This document shows positions 32,315 through 44,840 of a DNA stretch of 64,000 bases, one piece after another (the stretch's first letter is position 1; every line of letters begins with the position of its first letter). The translations under genes were made by a program, and so were the position numbers. The DNA is taken from positions 2,790,001 through 2,854,000 of the forward strand of contig NC_081333.1 of the NCBI RefSeq assembly GCF_022539665.2. Reading direction: 5' to 3'. Origin of the DNA: Daphnia carinata. Taxonomy: Eukaryota. The notes below the pieces were generated by a model that was not told the origin of the DNA, ran no database searches, and saw nothing but the letters and a program-made list of their open reading frames with translations.

Positions 32315-35300
32315 TTAAGAACGGATAAATTTATCCATATGACCAACAATTCCGACGGATCGGGTCTTTCTCTCACCAATGTTCAAAGGCTCAGCAACAC
32401 AAGGAGGAGTAGGGATGGTCTCCTTGCAGTTCTTGTCTCTCAAGACGTACGACCTGGCCAGATCGGTGGCATCCTTGACGTTGCAACCGGACGGGCTGAC
32501 CAATTCGCGAGAGAACTGGCCGTTGTAGTCACCGCAAAGACCGCAATGTTGAGAGCGGTGAGTGGCGGGGATCATGTTGGTGATGTCGTCTCCGGTGTAA
32601 CGGAAAGTCAACTTGAGGATGGGGGCCTGGACGAAGTAGCGGGCACCAATCTTGCTGACGACGATGTACTGGATGACGTTGTCCTTGTCAGCCAAAACGT
32701 AGGGCTTGTTGGTTTCGACCTTGACGACCTTGTCGTTGGCCTTCACTTCGACTCCGCTAGCGGTGGGGTTCAGCTCGAGAGTGTGACCACCGACGTAGAT
32801 CTTGGCGGCCAAAGGCAGAGACTGGGTGGTCTTCTTGGCGAAAACGGCGTAGCGGGGAGTAGGAGAGCAGTCAGCCGAGATGAGAGTGTAGCAAGCGGGA
32901 AGATCGGTGCTCATGGTCACATTATCGAAGGTGACAACAGCTTTGGGAGCGACGTCGCAAATACCAACAAAACCAGCCTTGATGGCGAACATTTGAGACA
33001 TAGGCAGACGGGCGTTACGCAAAGCCATACCCAAATTCTTGAGGATATCAACGTTCTCGTAGTGGCTGTGCATCAAGTCGGTGTGTACATGCAAGTCAAC
33101 ATCATCTTCATTAACATCCATTTTCAATTCAATGTGGCCGGCACCGGCGACTTTCTTTGCGGTGGCAGTAGGACCATGCGGGGCATGCATGCTCCAGTAG
33201 GGCAACAAGGAGGCCTTTAGCATAGTATCGATACGCAGAAGAGCCATCTGACCACGGGGAGACATGTTGGCGTAATTGATGTCCAAAACGTAGCTACGAG
33301 GAGTAGCGTAGTGCAGAACAGACTCGTAACAAGCCTGAAGAAATAAAATAATTACAACGTGTCGTCTAACAGCCCAAATTACGTTTTGCCAGGTTAACGG
33401 TCAAAATATCGACGAAAACGCGATCATTACCTGGGTCATGGGTCCAACGATACCAGAGCGGCCGGCATCATTGCGATCCAAGTCGCAGCGATCGTAAGGG
33501 TAAGAAGTGCGGCTGGTAGCGGCTTCACGCTGGGCTTCGGTGATGTTACCGACGACCTTAACGTTGATGGTGGAGATACCCTTGGCGTTGGCCTTAGGGC
33601 AATCGTTGGCGGGAGCCTCACCCCAGACGAAGGAGACTTCACGCTGAACGGAAGGCTCGATGGTAGACGGGGTCTCGAAAATGTCTTCGGGGAGAGCGGC
33701 CCAGGCGGTCTTGACGTTGACGCAGAGAGCGCGGCTGGGAACGCTGAGAGTGGGGTTAGCCAAACGGGCGATCTTGACGGCGACCTGAGACTTGACGTTG
33801 AAAGGCTCACTCTCAACGTTGACTTCGACGTTCCACTTGCGTTCGGGGGTGCCCAGCAAAGTGACGGCTCCCTTAACGTTCTTGAAGCTCTTGCCGGGGG
33901 CGGCCTTCTTGCCAGCGGGAACAGCGGAATCCATCTTCAGCTTGATTTCAAGAGCCTCGGCGGGATTCTCCTGAGTCCTGTGGAGGACGGCCTTCATGGA
34001 GCAGGTGCCAGTGGGAGGATAGTGGTAGAAGTAGTTGCGCATCTGCATCAAGCCCATAACGGCGAAACCGGCAACGCTGCCGTGCGAGTTGATCTCGGAG
34101 GGCTTGAAAGACTCGAACATCACCTTGGCGATGGAGGCCTTGCCGGTGTAGGTCTCGCAGTTGTAAACCTCAACGTGGGATTCCATGCCCAAAAGTTCGT
34201 TGATGTTCTCGCGAATAACTTGACCTAACACCAAATGCATAGTTTTCTTCAAATGTTATCGGGAAATCGTAGTTAAAATGATAAGAATACCTTTGCGGAA
34301 CTGTTCGCCGCGGGTTACCAAAGCTCTAGTTTCGCATTCTGAGCAGGTATCCTTAAGGTAAGAAAGGGCTTTGGAGTCATCTTTGCCCCACATGAAAGCA
34401 AAAGTTTTGCTGCCAAACAAGTATGACAAAGGTTTCTCTTCGGTGGGAGTATTCATTTTGATTTCAACTTGGCTGTCAGCAGGCGAGAAACCAACCAAAA
34501 GGTTAGCGGGCAAGTGGATGCGGGATCCACGAGCCTTGATGATTCCCTGGGAGACGCCGAGCGGGTTATAAGCGACCATGTAAGTGACCACTTGCATGGT
34601 GACGTCCAAATCAGCCTGGATGGAGCGACCGAGCTTGTTGGGCTGGTTGACGTTGCCGTAAGCCAATTGGTGGCGAGCGAAGCCAGGAGTGCTGAGACCG
34701 ACACCGACGGGGAGACCGAGATCGTTAGCCCTCCAGCTGACGTGCTGGCCGCCGAGCATGACCATATTGCGAGTCAGTTTCAAGCCACGAGAAATCATTT
34801 CGACCAATCCCTTGCCTTCCATCAGACCAGCGATTTCTTCCATTCCCATGTGACGGTACATCAAAGTGTATCCTTGAGAACGCAACAAGATTTCCATCTT
34901 CATGGGAGCCTGCTGGCGGGGGACGATCTTCATGGTCTTCTGCAAAAGATCCTTCAGGGTATCGAGCTTGAAGTCCTTGGGGTCCAGTCTGCGGAAGAGA
35001 CGCACGTAGGCATCCTCAACACCTGCACCAGATTTGTGAATGATTTTTCATTTACACTTTAGGAGTCAGGAATAGAACTTGGTTTTACCTTCCAAACGGA
35101 TCATGATCTCAAGAGGAACATAGCCGTATTCAGAGATGCGGTAGTTGGCACGTCCGGAGATGATGAGAGGAGCGCGGGATTCTTCACCGTAAACAGTGAC
35201 GAGCTGGAGTCCACCACCGAAACCATATTTCTGGTCCTGGAAGTCGAAAACGCGGTTGCTGGAACGGAAGAAGTTGGTCTTGATGTAGGCGACACGACGC

Positions 35301-37843
35301 AACAACAACTGCAACTGGTTGGCGATGGGCTTAATGCAGGGATTCTTGGAATCGGCGTAATTCTACAATTGAATAACACGGTTAGTAATCAACTTATTCA
35401 GATTAGAAATGAGTAATCTACTTACGCGGAAGGTGGTCATCATGAAGTTGAGCACTTCCTGATTGCGTTCCCAAATGGCACCTGCGATCAACTGCTGCAG
35501 CTCCAAGAAAGTGGGTTGGACACGGAATAGAGTGGAGATGGCGGCAATACGGATTTCGGTGGTTTCGGTGGCATTAAGGATCAGGGGGAGGACAGCAGAC
35601 AAGAATTTGTTGCGGTTGACGGCGGCAATGGGCTGCAGAGCGAAGATGACATGAGGGCGGACAGCGTGGGGAACGGAGCCGCTCTTGGCGTGAGGGATAA
35701 GACGCTCGATGGCGGGAATCAAATTGGTATTGCGCAGCGTGCTCAGGGCAACAATCATTTCGGGGTGGGTCTTGGCTGATTTGAAAGCTTCGTAGGACAT
35801 GCGAGTGTACTTGTTGATAGTGTCAGTTTTGCAAGGGCGAAGTCTGTTGGCACTGCAAGTGACTCCAACGAGATGACCGAAAGCCAAAGCGATGGCTCCC
35901 CTCAGTTCCCTGATTCAGAACAATTGTTTAGCGAAACTCAACATTTAAGAGCTAACTCATTCATACTTGGTCTTGATGCTGGGGCTCTCCTTCAGCAGAT
36001 CCTCCCAGGAAGTCAATAATTTCTCAGAGGGCATGCGCAGGTAATAGGGTAGGAAAGCAACCATACGGCGGGCTTCCATATCAGAGAGTTTGCCACTTAG
36101 AATCAATTCCTTGACCATCAAGGCAGCAGGGTTTGTACCAGTAGCTGGAAGGATCTCATTGAACAGGTTTCTGAAAAATTAAATAACCGTTAAAAAGAAT
36201 TCTAAATTGCTACAGCAAGTGGTCCTGTTTAAAATTGATTAATGAAATTACTTGAGCTCCTCATCATTTGCTACGTTTTTCCAAACAGCTTGCAGACTTT
36301 CCAAACTCATGGCTTGGAAAAGCTGAATGGCGGCCATGGCAGTGGGATCCATGAGAGTTTCCTCATCAAGAGCACCTGATCCAATGACTTCCTTCAACTT
36401 AGTCAAGACGGGAACAGCCTACATATTACAAAACAAAATTTCAGTTACTAATCGTAGAAGTCCTAAATTTCTCATGCATTTCTTACCTTAGCGCGTAGAG
36501 CTTGCTGGGATTGGGGCTCCTCGGGGTGCAAGAAGTCTTCCTCACGGGCCAAATCGAGATCTTCAGGAGTCGGAATCGGGCGCTTTAGGGTGTAACGGAG
36601 ACTGCCATAGTGCTTGGTCAAACCAGAAGCAGAGATTGGCTTAGCGATGGGTCCGGAAGATTTCAGCACCAAAGTGGTGCTATTGCATGGAAGAAAAAAC
36701 ATTCAATTGACACTTCTCACATCTAAAAATGCACAAAGGGAAACGAAGTGTTCGTACTTGGCCAAGTTGTAAAAGGGAGATCCCGCAGGTGGATGCCATT
36801 GCAGAACCTGGTAGCCAAAGGACGAGATGATGTGAGCCTTGGCGGTGTTGCTGCTGGATCCGCGGCTAAGCTGGTAGTAAAGCTGGGTGGTTGCAACGAG
36901 CTCATCTTGGGATTTACCAGCACAGTTAGTAGCACCAAAACTGTTGTGGCCCATACGAGGGACGTTGGTGCATTCGCTTTGAGTACGCTGCTTAATCAAC
37001 ATCAGACGACCCTTTTCGGAGCCTCCGAAAGAGTAGGTGGTGTTACAGGTACCAACAACGGTGTCCTAATGTCCATTCGTAATCGTTAATGTAATATTTC
37101 AACTAGAAAATAATTATATGTCTTTACCTCGACGGTGCGGAGGAAAGCGCTGTCTCCCTTGCCAATCTCTCCAGCAGCAACGTCCATCTGAAGCTTGGTG
37201 GCCAAACCCTTCTTGATGTTGATGGACCATTCGGCATCCGAAGCGTCAGCATCGAATCCGGTGATCTGAAAAAAGCAGCAATCTCATTTTTACACAAAAT
37301 ACCAATTAAATTTGTATCGAAATTTACCTTTCCGTTCAAGAAGGAAATTTTGAAGGGTTTCTCCAACATAACCAACTCGGGCTTCTTCAAGAACTTGACG
37401 GTCGAGAGAAGAGAGTCGGGTCCATTGTGCATACCCAAAGTCACATCCGAAAGCTATTCGCCAATTCAAACACAATTATAGTAAGAAATATTGATAAGAA
37501 ACAAAACGCTTTGTTTGTTTTTTATTCACTATAATTTTTATACCTTGACAATGGCTTCTCCGGCCTGTTTCTGGATAAGCAAGTTACCGCGAATGCCGAA
37601 AGAGGAGCCAGTGGGAGCAGGTTCACGAACACCGGATGTGGTGTAGGTAAGGTAAGAGTACTGGTACTCTTGACCATCTTCAAACAAACCTGCAATTCAC
37701 ACAACAAATCAAAAAGAAAGTTTTATTCAATGAAAAATGAAAGTTAAGTGATGGAACAAAATTGAATTCAACTCTATACCTTCCGCACGGCACTGGCCGG
37801 CGACGAAGAGAAGTGCAAGGGCCAACACGCTCAGACGAGCCAT
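32315..37843 (-). CDS. Vitellogenin-like large lipid transfer protein (signal peptide, LPD_N, C-terminal vWD), ~1549 aa, 13 exons: 37843-37780, 37689-37544, 37453-37328, 37265-37128, 37065-36758, 36679-36487, 36418-36252, 36170-35967, 35909-35426, 35362-35089, 35022-34291, 34224-33431, 33334-32315
   Basis: MARLSVLALALLFVAGQCRA signal peptide; FEDGQEYQYSY start; WSINIKKGLATKLQMD; EDTVVGTC; ETTEIRIAA helical domain; vWD with CDVAPKAVVTFD and HCGLCGDYNG; exons sum to 4650 nt in frame; strong C-ending codon bias. Confidence 0.88.
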
Positions 37844-37912
37844 TTTGCTGTAGTTAGTTAGCGTCCCAAAGGATCACTGGCGACAGCGACTGGATCCAGT
37901 CCGCAATCCCTC

Positions 37913-37921
37913 TTTATATAC
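37913..37921 (-). promoter_or_regulatory. TATA box of the vitellogenin-like gene
   Basis: Minus strand GTATATAAAG ~70 nt upstream of the ATG, consistent with a short 5' UTR. Confidence 0.6.
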
Positions 37922-39154
37922 TGGTAACAAGCAACAGGATCTGTTTCTCTTGTACTTAAAAAAAGTGACGCATTTGCATGGAAACAGTGTTTGCTTCGAG
38001 CTGATTGGTTTTCCCGTTCTCGTATGGTGGTGCGATTCTTCGCATCACCAATAACTCAAGCAATGTCATCCACCTAAACTATGCCACCCACTCCCACTGT
38101 GGGGCAGATGGTACCAATGTCCCACAGCTGAGTTTACCAGAAGCGAAACGGGAGCTGATAGCGACATTGAAGAACAAAATAATTGTATTTACTTGCATTT
38201 CGGCCACGTGCAGATCCCCCGACCTACTACTAACTCCACCGCATCTCCTCACCACTCCTTCTCTCCTAACTAAAGTAATCTTATCAAGTCAAGCTCGTGG
38301 GTGTACTTAAATCCAGGGTTTTCGTTGTGATGGACGACTGTTGACATTTGACTCTGTGGCCAATTGACTAGCAGTACATTTGAATGTAAAGCACCGAAGT
38401 CAGCATTATTGGCGGAAATCTCTTTTGCAAACAAGGTACAAGGTCTTCGCAGACAAAGAAGAAAACAATCCTCAAGGTTAGTTTGATAATAATTTGCTGA
38501 GATGTTCAACTTCAGGAGCCAAATCAACTACGCCAGAACACAAAATCAGTTTCAACTGTTACAAGTTTTAGCGATTTCGAGAAGTATGAAAACAACAGAA
38601 ATATGATTTATCGATTTGAAAACATGAGACTGTCAGGGACCTAAGTCCATTACTTATTTTTTACTTTTCTTGGAAAGACCTGTTTAGGATCCTTGAATCT
38701 GAGATTTTATAAACTACAAAAAATTTTGCTTGCACGAAAACAGTTGTGGAATTATTCAGCTTATTTCTGCATTTTTAAATTCTTTAACGTTATCGCACAG
38801 AGTTACGTAAGCAACTCTGAAAAGTTAAACTGAAATAAACCAGTAAGATATCCTCCCTCTGGTATACTGTTGAACACGTATGATTCCCTCTGACAACGTT
38901 AAATGTACATTTTTCCTAGCTTCGATGAGGGCTAGATTATCTTTAAGATGCGTAGGGATTCGTTTGGTGTTAGGGCCTAGCAGTTGTCTTTCGCAATTGA
39001 AAACAAAAGGGGAGGAATATCTAGTAGGATGGAAAGCTTCCAGTCAATAACAGGAAACTGGCTAGATATTTGGATTTTCCGAGAGATTGTTTTCAAATCC
39101 ACTAGCCTACGAGCAAACTATAAAGGGCACTTCATATAATAAAATTGAAAGAGA

Positions 39155-41371
39155 TCAGTTAAAATGAAAACATCCGTTCTGGAAATGGATCTCGTTAGCA
39201 AATTGCGGGAGTTGCGATGAGCAGAAAAGATCAAGGCTTGACCGATCAAGTCCACAATCACTCAGACTTTCCTTACCAAATGCTGAAGTGGCAGCTGTTG
39301 GACTCTGAAATGATGCGAAGGGTTTGGTGCTCGAAAGGGCTGAACAAACAGCTGTAAAATCACCACTTTGCAATAATTTCATGAGAGAGACCATTGAGTG
39401 GGGTAGGATAGGTCCCTGAATTTCAACGGAACACAGATTCTCTCCATCTTGTTTGAGAAAACCTTGCCGTGCCTTAAATAGTAAAAAGACTATGTGTTGG
39501 GTTCTAAATGCGTAGTGGAATGCCTCTGAGAACACGGTACCTTGAGTGGCCGAAGTGTGGCCTGGTGAAAAGCCACAGGGCTGAAAAGCGTTGGAGGAAT
39601 CCCAGTGAGAGGACCAGTGTTTGAAAGACATAATTTGCTGTTCAATAGCCAATTGAACAATCCTTGTGTTTCGACACCTTCGATCAGGAGGAGCGAATCG
39701 GAGTAAGTACCTTGGCTTGTACCTTGCCCACCATCCTGTAATCTTTCAGCTTCCCTGCAAACATAAACCAAGTTGTTAATATGCTTAGATTTTGTTAAAA
39801 TAATTATCAGTACAATTTCGATCTAAGATTAGAGTGCAGACCGATATCATTGATCCAGTCGGTATCATCTTCATCGCAATCTTCATCGCCAAGATCATCT
39901 ATTTTGTCAGCGTCTTTGATTTCGTCATCTTCATCATTATTCGTTGTGCAGTTCTGTTGATTTTGGCCACTTTTCTTCAGCGGCATGGAGTATGATATGT
40001 CTGTAAATTGAAATATCAAGATATGACTTTCAGATTAACGAAATTTTAGAAGCTTTCAAACTCGTAGTTGTTTTGGTACTCTAGCTGTAAAAACATGATA
40101 GTAATTCGATCTCCGGATGGTAACAGATACCTTCCAAGAAATGCAACTTTATAGTCTTTCTAGTAGTTTCCAAGTCTTTTTTTTTTTTATAAAACGCTAT
40201 TTCAATCAAAGGATAACCTTATCTCACAATTCTGAACCAAAACAGAATAGCTAATAAAAAAAAAGAAACGAACTAGCAAAATAATTTGCATCAAAACTTG
40301 ATGCATCACCAATGACATACATGATTAAACTAATCACTGAATGAATCCAGCATGTGCTGCCCTTAATACCTTCTTTTCGCAACACGTCTCGCAATCCACG
40401 AGTAGTAGGAGTTAAAAGAGCATGAATTTCAGCAACTCCTCCAATTCCCGCAGCTCTGAATAGTACGGTAAACTGATGAGTGCAGACGTAGAAGAAAGGG
40501 CACTGTCTTGCACGAAGTAATCCAAATAGTGAGCGAAAACTCTCACACCAGTCATTGACAAGACAGTTTGACACGTTCGAGTCCATGCCAATTTGAGCGG
40601 AGCCGGTAGAAGTGATGGGGGTTCGTGTATCGCGCGGGAATAAAGACAGCCAAGGCAACCAGGGATATTGCCACAGAAGGCAACACTGGTGAAATTGAGC
40701 GTTGGTTGACGTGTCTAAAGTGCTCCACTCATCAGAATTGAGTGAATTAACGCACCTCACGAAACCTGTTATTCCGGAAGCCTCCTCTGACGTCTATGTT
40801 AGAAATGATAATAGAAACCAGTTGCTTGTCTTACCTGAAATATAAACCTTACTTTAAGAGTGGAACTGAAAGCAAATGGTGTTTTAGAGGTGAATCGAAC
40901 TCTTGTTTTTAAAGACCAATCCACAGCATATTGATCTAATTTTTGGCATACAGGGGTTGTTGCTGCAAATATGGAAAGAGCTTGTGGGAGCTCTATAATT
41001 TGCTCTTTATTGTTGTGCACTTTAACTGTATTAGGAGCATTTAACATGCTCACCAAGTCACAGTTTATTGTTCTTTGATCATCTTGAGTAACAGCGAGAA
41101 GCTTAGGTCTCTTGGCTGGGGAACGTCTGGCAAGGAAAATAACATTAAAGTGCTTGAAACTTGTTTGCGAGAGAACCTACTTTTTATACCTGAAAGGATT
41201 TTTTCTCTTCGCTGAAACTGTTGCTGAACGCGTGACCAATGTTTCGTCATTGTCGTAACTATTTGTTATGGTTGTAGTAGTCGCATGACTAAATCGGGCT
41301 TGAAGGGCTTTTTTCTTTTCTCTCATTTGCCTCATAACTTCGTCAGGTTTCTTCCAAACAGAGCCAGACAT
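39155..41371 (-). CDS. DONSON: Protein downstream neighbor of Son (humpty dumpty); exons 41371-41190, 41126-40853, 40793-40370, 40000-39814, 39754-39541, 39472-39155
   Basis: KRKNPF; VDWSLKTRVRFTS; TSEEASGITGFVRC; WQYPWLPWLSLFPR; CPFFYVCTHQFTVLFRAAG; PTTRGLR; GIPPTLFSPVAF; VEIQGPILPH. Confidence 0.92.
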
Positions 41372-42017
41372 TGTTATTGTTGTTTACCGAAGCTTTAAGT
41401 GTAACGATGTATGTTCGTTGTGTTAATCGACTGATGTGGTTTTACAAAAAATTGGACAAGAATTAAACAGAAGCGCCATTTCTTCTGCTTACAAGCTTCG
41501 GTTGTGCGCTGGAAGGTGGCCTGTAACAGTTTCAAAATTGTTATAATGTTGCAAATCTAAATGAAATTAAAATGTTACATTTATTTATGAACTCCAAATT
41601 TCCGGATAAAACCGACAATAATTCATGGTAGTCAAATGTTTTTTGTTATTGTCATTTTCGAAGTTGGATGCGTTGCCACTTGATAGCAGACAACTTCCGA
41701 AAGGTGAAATTGCCTTAGATGACAAACAAAAAAATTAGACCATTGTCATAGACTACATGCGTGAAACAAAGACATCTTTCTCGTTTACTATTACTAATGG
41801 TTTTCAATCCCCAGAATATTCAAACGAAAAGTTTCAGTAAGCCGATGTATATGTACGTATCAATCAAAATGTTAAAATAATCGTTCAGTGATCCAGTTCT
41901 ACATTTTTTGGGGGACATTTAGGAAGTTTTATGGACTACTGAAGTACAAAGTCACATTTTTTGTTTTTGCAGGACAACATCTGGTTAATAAGGGTTCTTA
42001 AGAAACATTTTCATACC

Positions 42018-42649
42018 ATGGATGAAACTAGTTATAACAATGAACCAGGATGGTGAATACATTTATGCATACTTTTGGTCTATACATAATCAGTGATTTC
42101 ATCCTACTACAAGCCATAGAAGGAAGCGTCAGCTCAGTGATGGTGACCCAGATGCCTATGACTTCATGCCACTGTCGAAAAGAATAAACAATCTCCACCT
42201 GAATGGCACTAATTTAAATTCAGAAACTTCACAGACTGTAAGTTTTCTTTTATGAGGGATAAAAAATCCCAGAGAATAATTAAAGATAAAAGATATTGTA
42301 TTGGTGTTAGCCTGTAGGAGCCTCTGTGTGTGAATGTCGCCTACAGCCCAGTACTTCCAGCAGTGTGATCCAGTGTTCTCTGTGCAACCCCAATCTCTAT
42401 GGAATTACTCGGCAAGCTTTGCCTCTACCTGATCTGTTAAACATTCCTAATGAAATTATGATGTCACGTGAGCGAAGCCTGATGAATCATGATGATCATC
42501 ATTCTATTCACGATGAAACATATTCACCAGATATGGATGTTCACTCAAATCCCCATTACTACACTCCTAACAAACTGCTATTTGACTTACATATTGAACG
42601 AGTCAAGAGACATGGAATCCTTTTTAAGCCCAACAAGTATGATGGCTGA
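42018..42649 (+). CDS. Small uncharacterised protein (~165 aa), FAM104/VCF-like architecture; exons 42018-42052, 42114-42237, 42311-42649
   Basis: Spliced ORF MDETSYNNEPGCHRRKRQLSDGDPDAYDFMPLSKRINNLHLNG...NPHYYTPNKLLFDLHIERVKRHG; in-phase GT-AG introns of 61 and 73 nt; probable upstream non-coding exon ~41750-41836. Family assignment is inference. Confidence 0.75.
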
Positions 42650-43565
42650 ACATTCAGTTACATAAACTTATTTACTTCTCATTTATTTTTTGTTTTAACA
42701 TACCACAATTTAAGGATATCATTTTACCATCGCTAGTCAGTTAATACACAGAAATTGATTTTTCAAACTGAGAGCGATTATCTTACAAATGTGACACGTA
42801 TATTTCAACTGTCTTTGCTATTCGGCATTACACACATGAAAATTGGATGGAAAAAAATACACGGGGCACGTGCATACACGTTCACTATGAGAAATGAGTG
42901 TAAGGTTACAATTTTGACATTGACTTCACCATTTTAAAGATCATTTTGCAGATGAAGGAAAGAAAAATATGAGGGGAAGTGGGACAAGTGTGGCACAACA
43001 GGAAAGTACAATGGCGAAGACCGCGTCCAAACGCGTTCTCAATACAACAGAGAAAAAAAACCAAACGAAAAATTCTTGCCAACTTTCTCGCTGTTTCTGC
43101 AACACAAAAGGACAAAAAGCAAAAGAGTATTATGCCAACGCGCGCGAAAAACACTCGTATAAGTAATGCATGTGTGTGATTTCCAATTTGGTCCCTGAAT
43201 GTTTTCTTAAGTCCAGCTTCTTTCATTCTTGCTTCAATTTTGCAAAATCAATGGAAGCTTACATGTATATGTGTGCTAGACTAGCAGTACTTTTTTAAGG
43301 ATTATTCACTCACTCGTCGGTCAATAACAATAACGACAAGTGTCCACGACCCGAAATTTAGCCGCAAAGTATGTTCCTCGTTCCCGGCACTAGTTATGAA
43401 CATGACATAAAAACACAGGGAATAACGCAAAAACGATCCAATTTGTTTCAAAGGGATTATTGAAAAAAAAAAGCATATTAGTCACTTTTGAATACTGTGA
43501 GGCCACCGACCACCGAACCTGCGGAAGGTTTGTGTTGCTTTTTTTTTGTATATAGGCGTGAAACT

Positions 43566-44840
43566 TTAATGTAACTGCGCCAATATGCTCTGATGCTGTT
43601 GAATGTTAATGGTGGAATTGTTGTCATTGTTCTGATGCTGCTGCCCCTGCTGTTGCCCACCTTTCCCTGGCTGCTGGCCAAGCTCTTGCTTGATCCTCTT
43701 GGCCATGTGGGAGTGAACGTGCTTGGTCAGGTGATCTTTGCGGTTGAAACCTTTACCGCACTCGGGGCATCGATGCACTTTATCCGTCCGGTGGATGATT
43801 GAATGCCTTTGCAAATGTTCCTGAGAAAATAATTTGGAAATAGAAAACAAAAAAAAAAAAAATTTCGTGACCAAGGAAATAAGTCGAAGGACAACTCACG
43901 ATTCGTTTGAATGTCTTGCTACAAACAGGGCACGGGTGTGGACGTTCAGTCATGTGCGAAGACCTGTGTCGATCTAAATGTTCTTTACGTTTTAAGGCCG
44001 CACCACAGTCATTGCAGATAAACGGTCTTTCGGACCGGTGTATCGTTAGATGGGTCTCGATAGCTTCGCGGTTATTGAAGACCGTGTGGCACTGAGGACA
44101 TCCATATAGTGTACTTCCATCCAATGCTGTTGTCAAAGCTGGTTGTAAGCTCGTGCTCCTTCTTCTAGGCGTAGGCAATCCGGGAATGGGATCTCGTCTC
44201 TTTTTCTTTTTTTTCGCTTTCTTTGGTGCCTAAATTTGTAGCGTGTAGTGGCTATAAACCAAATAAACTTTTCAGCTTGTAAATAAGAATTCGTTTGTAC
44301 CTGAGGCTGCTGTTGTTGTTGCTCAGGAGTTTGGACAGACGGAGAGTTGTCACTCATCATATTCTGCTGCTGTTGTTGCTGATCTTCAATCTGAGTGACT
44401 TGTATGAGCTCAGCAGGGTATTTGTACATTTGTTGAAAAGGGAATGTGGGTGGGCCTGAGAACCGAGACAGGTATTCATTTAAACTGCTGATGTCTTGTT
44501 GGGCACTGTTTTTCTCTTGATGGTGTTGCTGCTGGAACCTATCGTCCCCCTCACCCTCCGTCTCCACTTTTACAAACACATCGTTCTGCCCAGTCTTGCT
44601 CAGTAATGTATTGAGCATTTGATTCTGGATCTGGAGGGTGCTGGATGTTGGTACGTGAACATGGCCATTGAGGTTGTGATTCAACTGTGAGGGATCCACA
44701 GTGCTGACGGCAATCTGCAGGCCTTGGGATGATGGTATTGAAACGAACCCTTGATCCTGGGCTTGCTGGAACTTTCCAACAGCAAAATGCGGGATTGTTG
44801 CCAGCGTCGTCGGGAAGCCGCCAAACGGGGTGAAACTCAT
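43566..44840 (-). CDS. C2H2 zinc-finger transcription factor, 4 fingers, Gln-rich termini, ~374 aa; exons 44840-44301, 44229-43900, 43820-43566
   Basis: CPQC..HLTIH, CNDC..HRSSH, CPVC..HSIIH, CPEC..HVHSH with SERPF/TERPH linkers; basic NLS APKKAKKKKKRR. Confidence 0.9.

Noticed and set aside
32339..35062. Long + strand ORFs (293 aa at 32339-33220, 197 aa at 34469-35062)
   Set aside because: Antisense shadows of the codon-biased vitellogenin-like exons; no independent domain signal.
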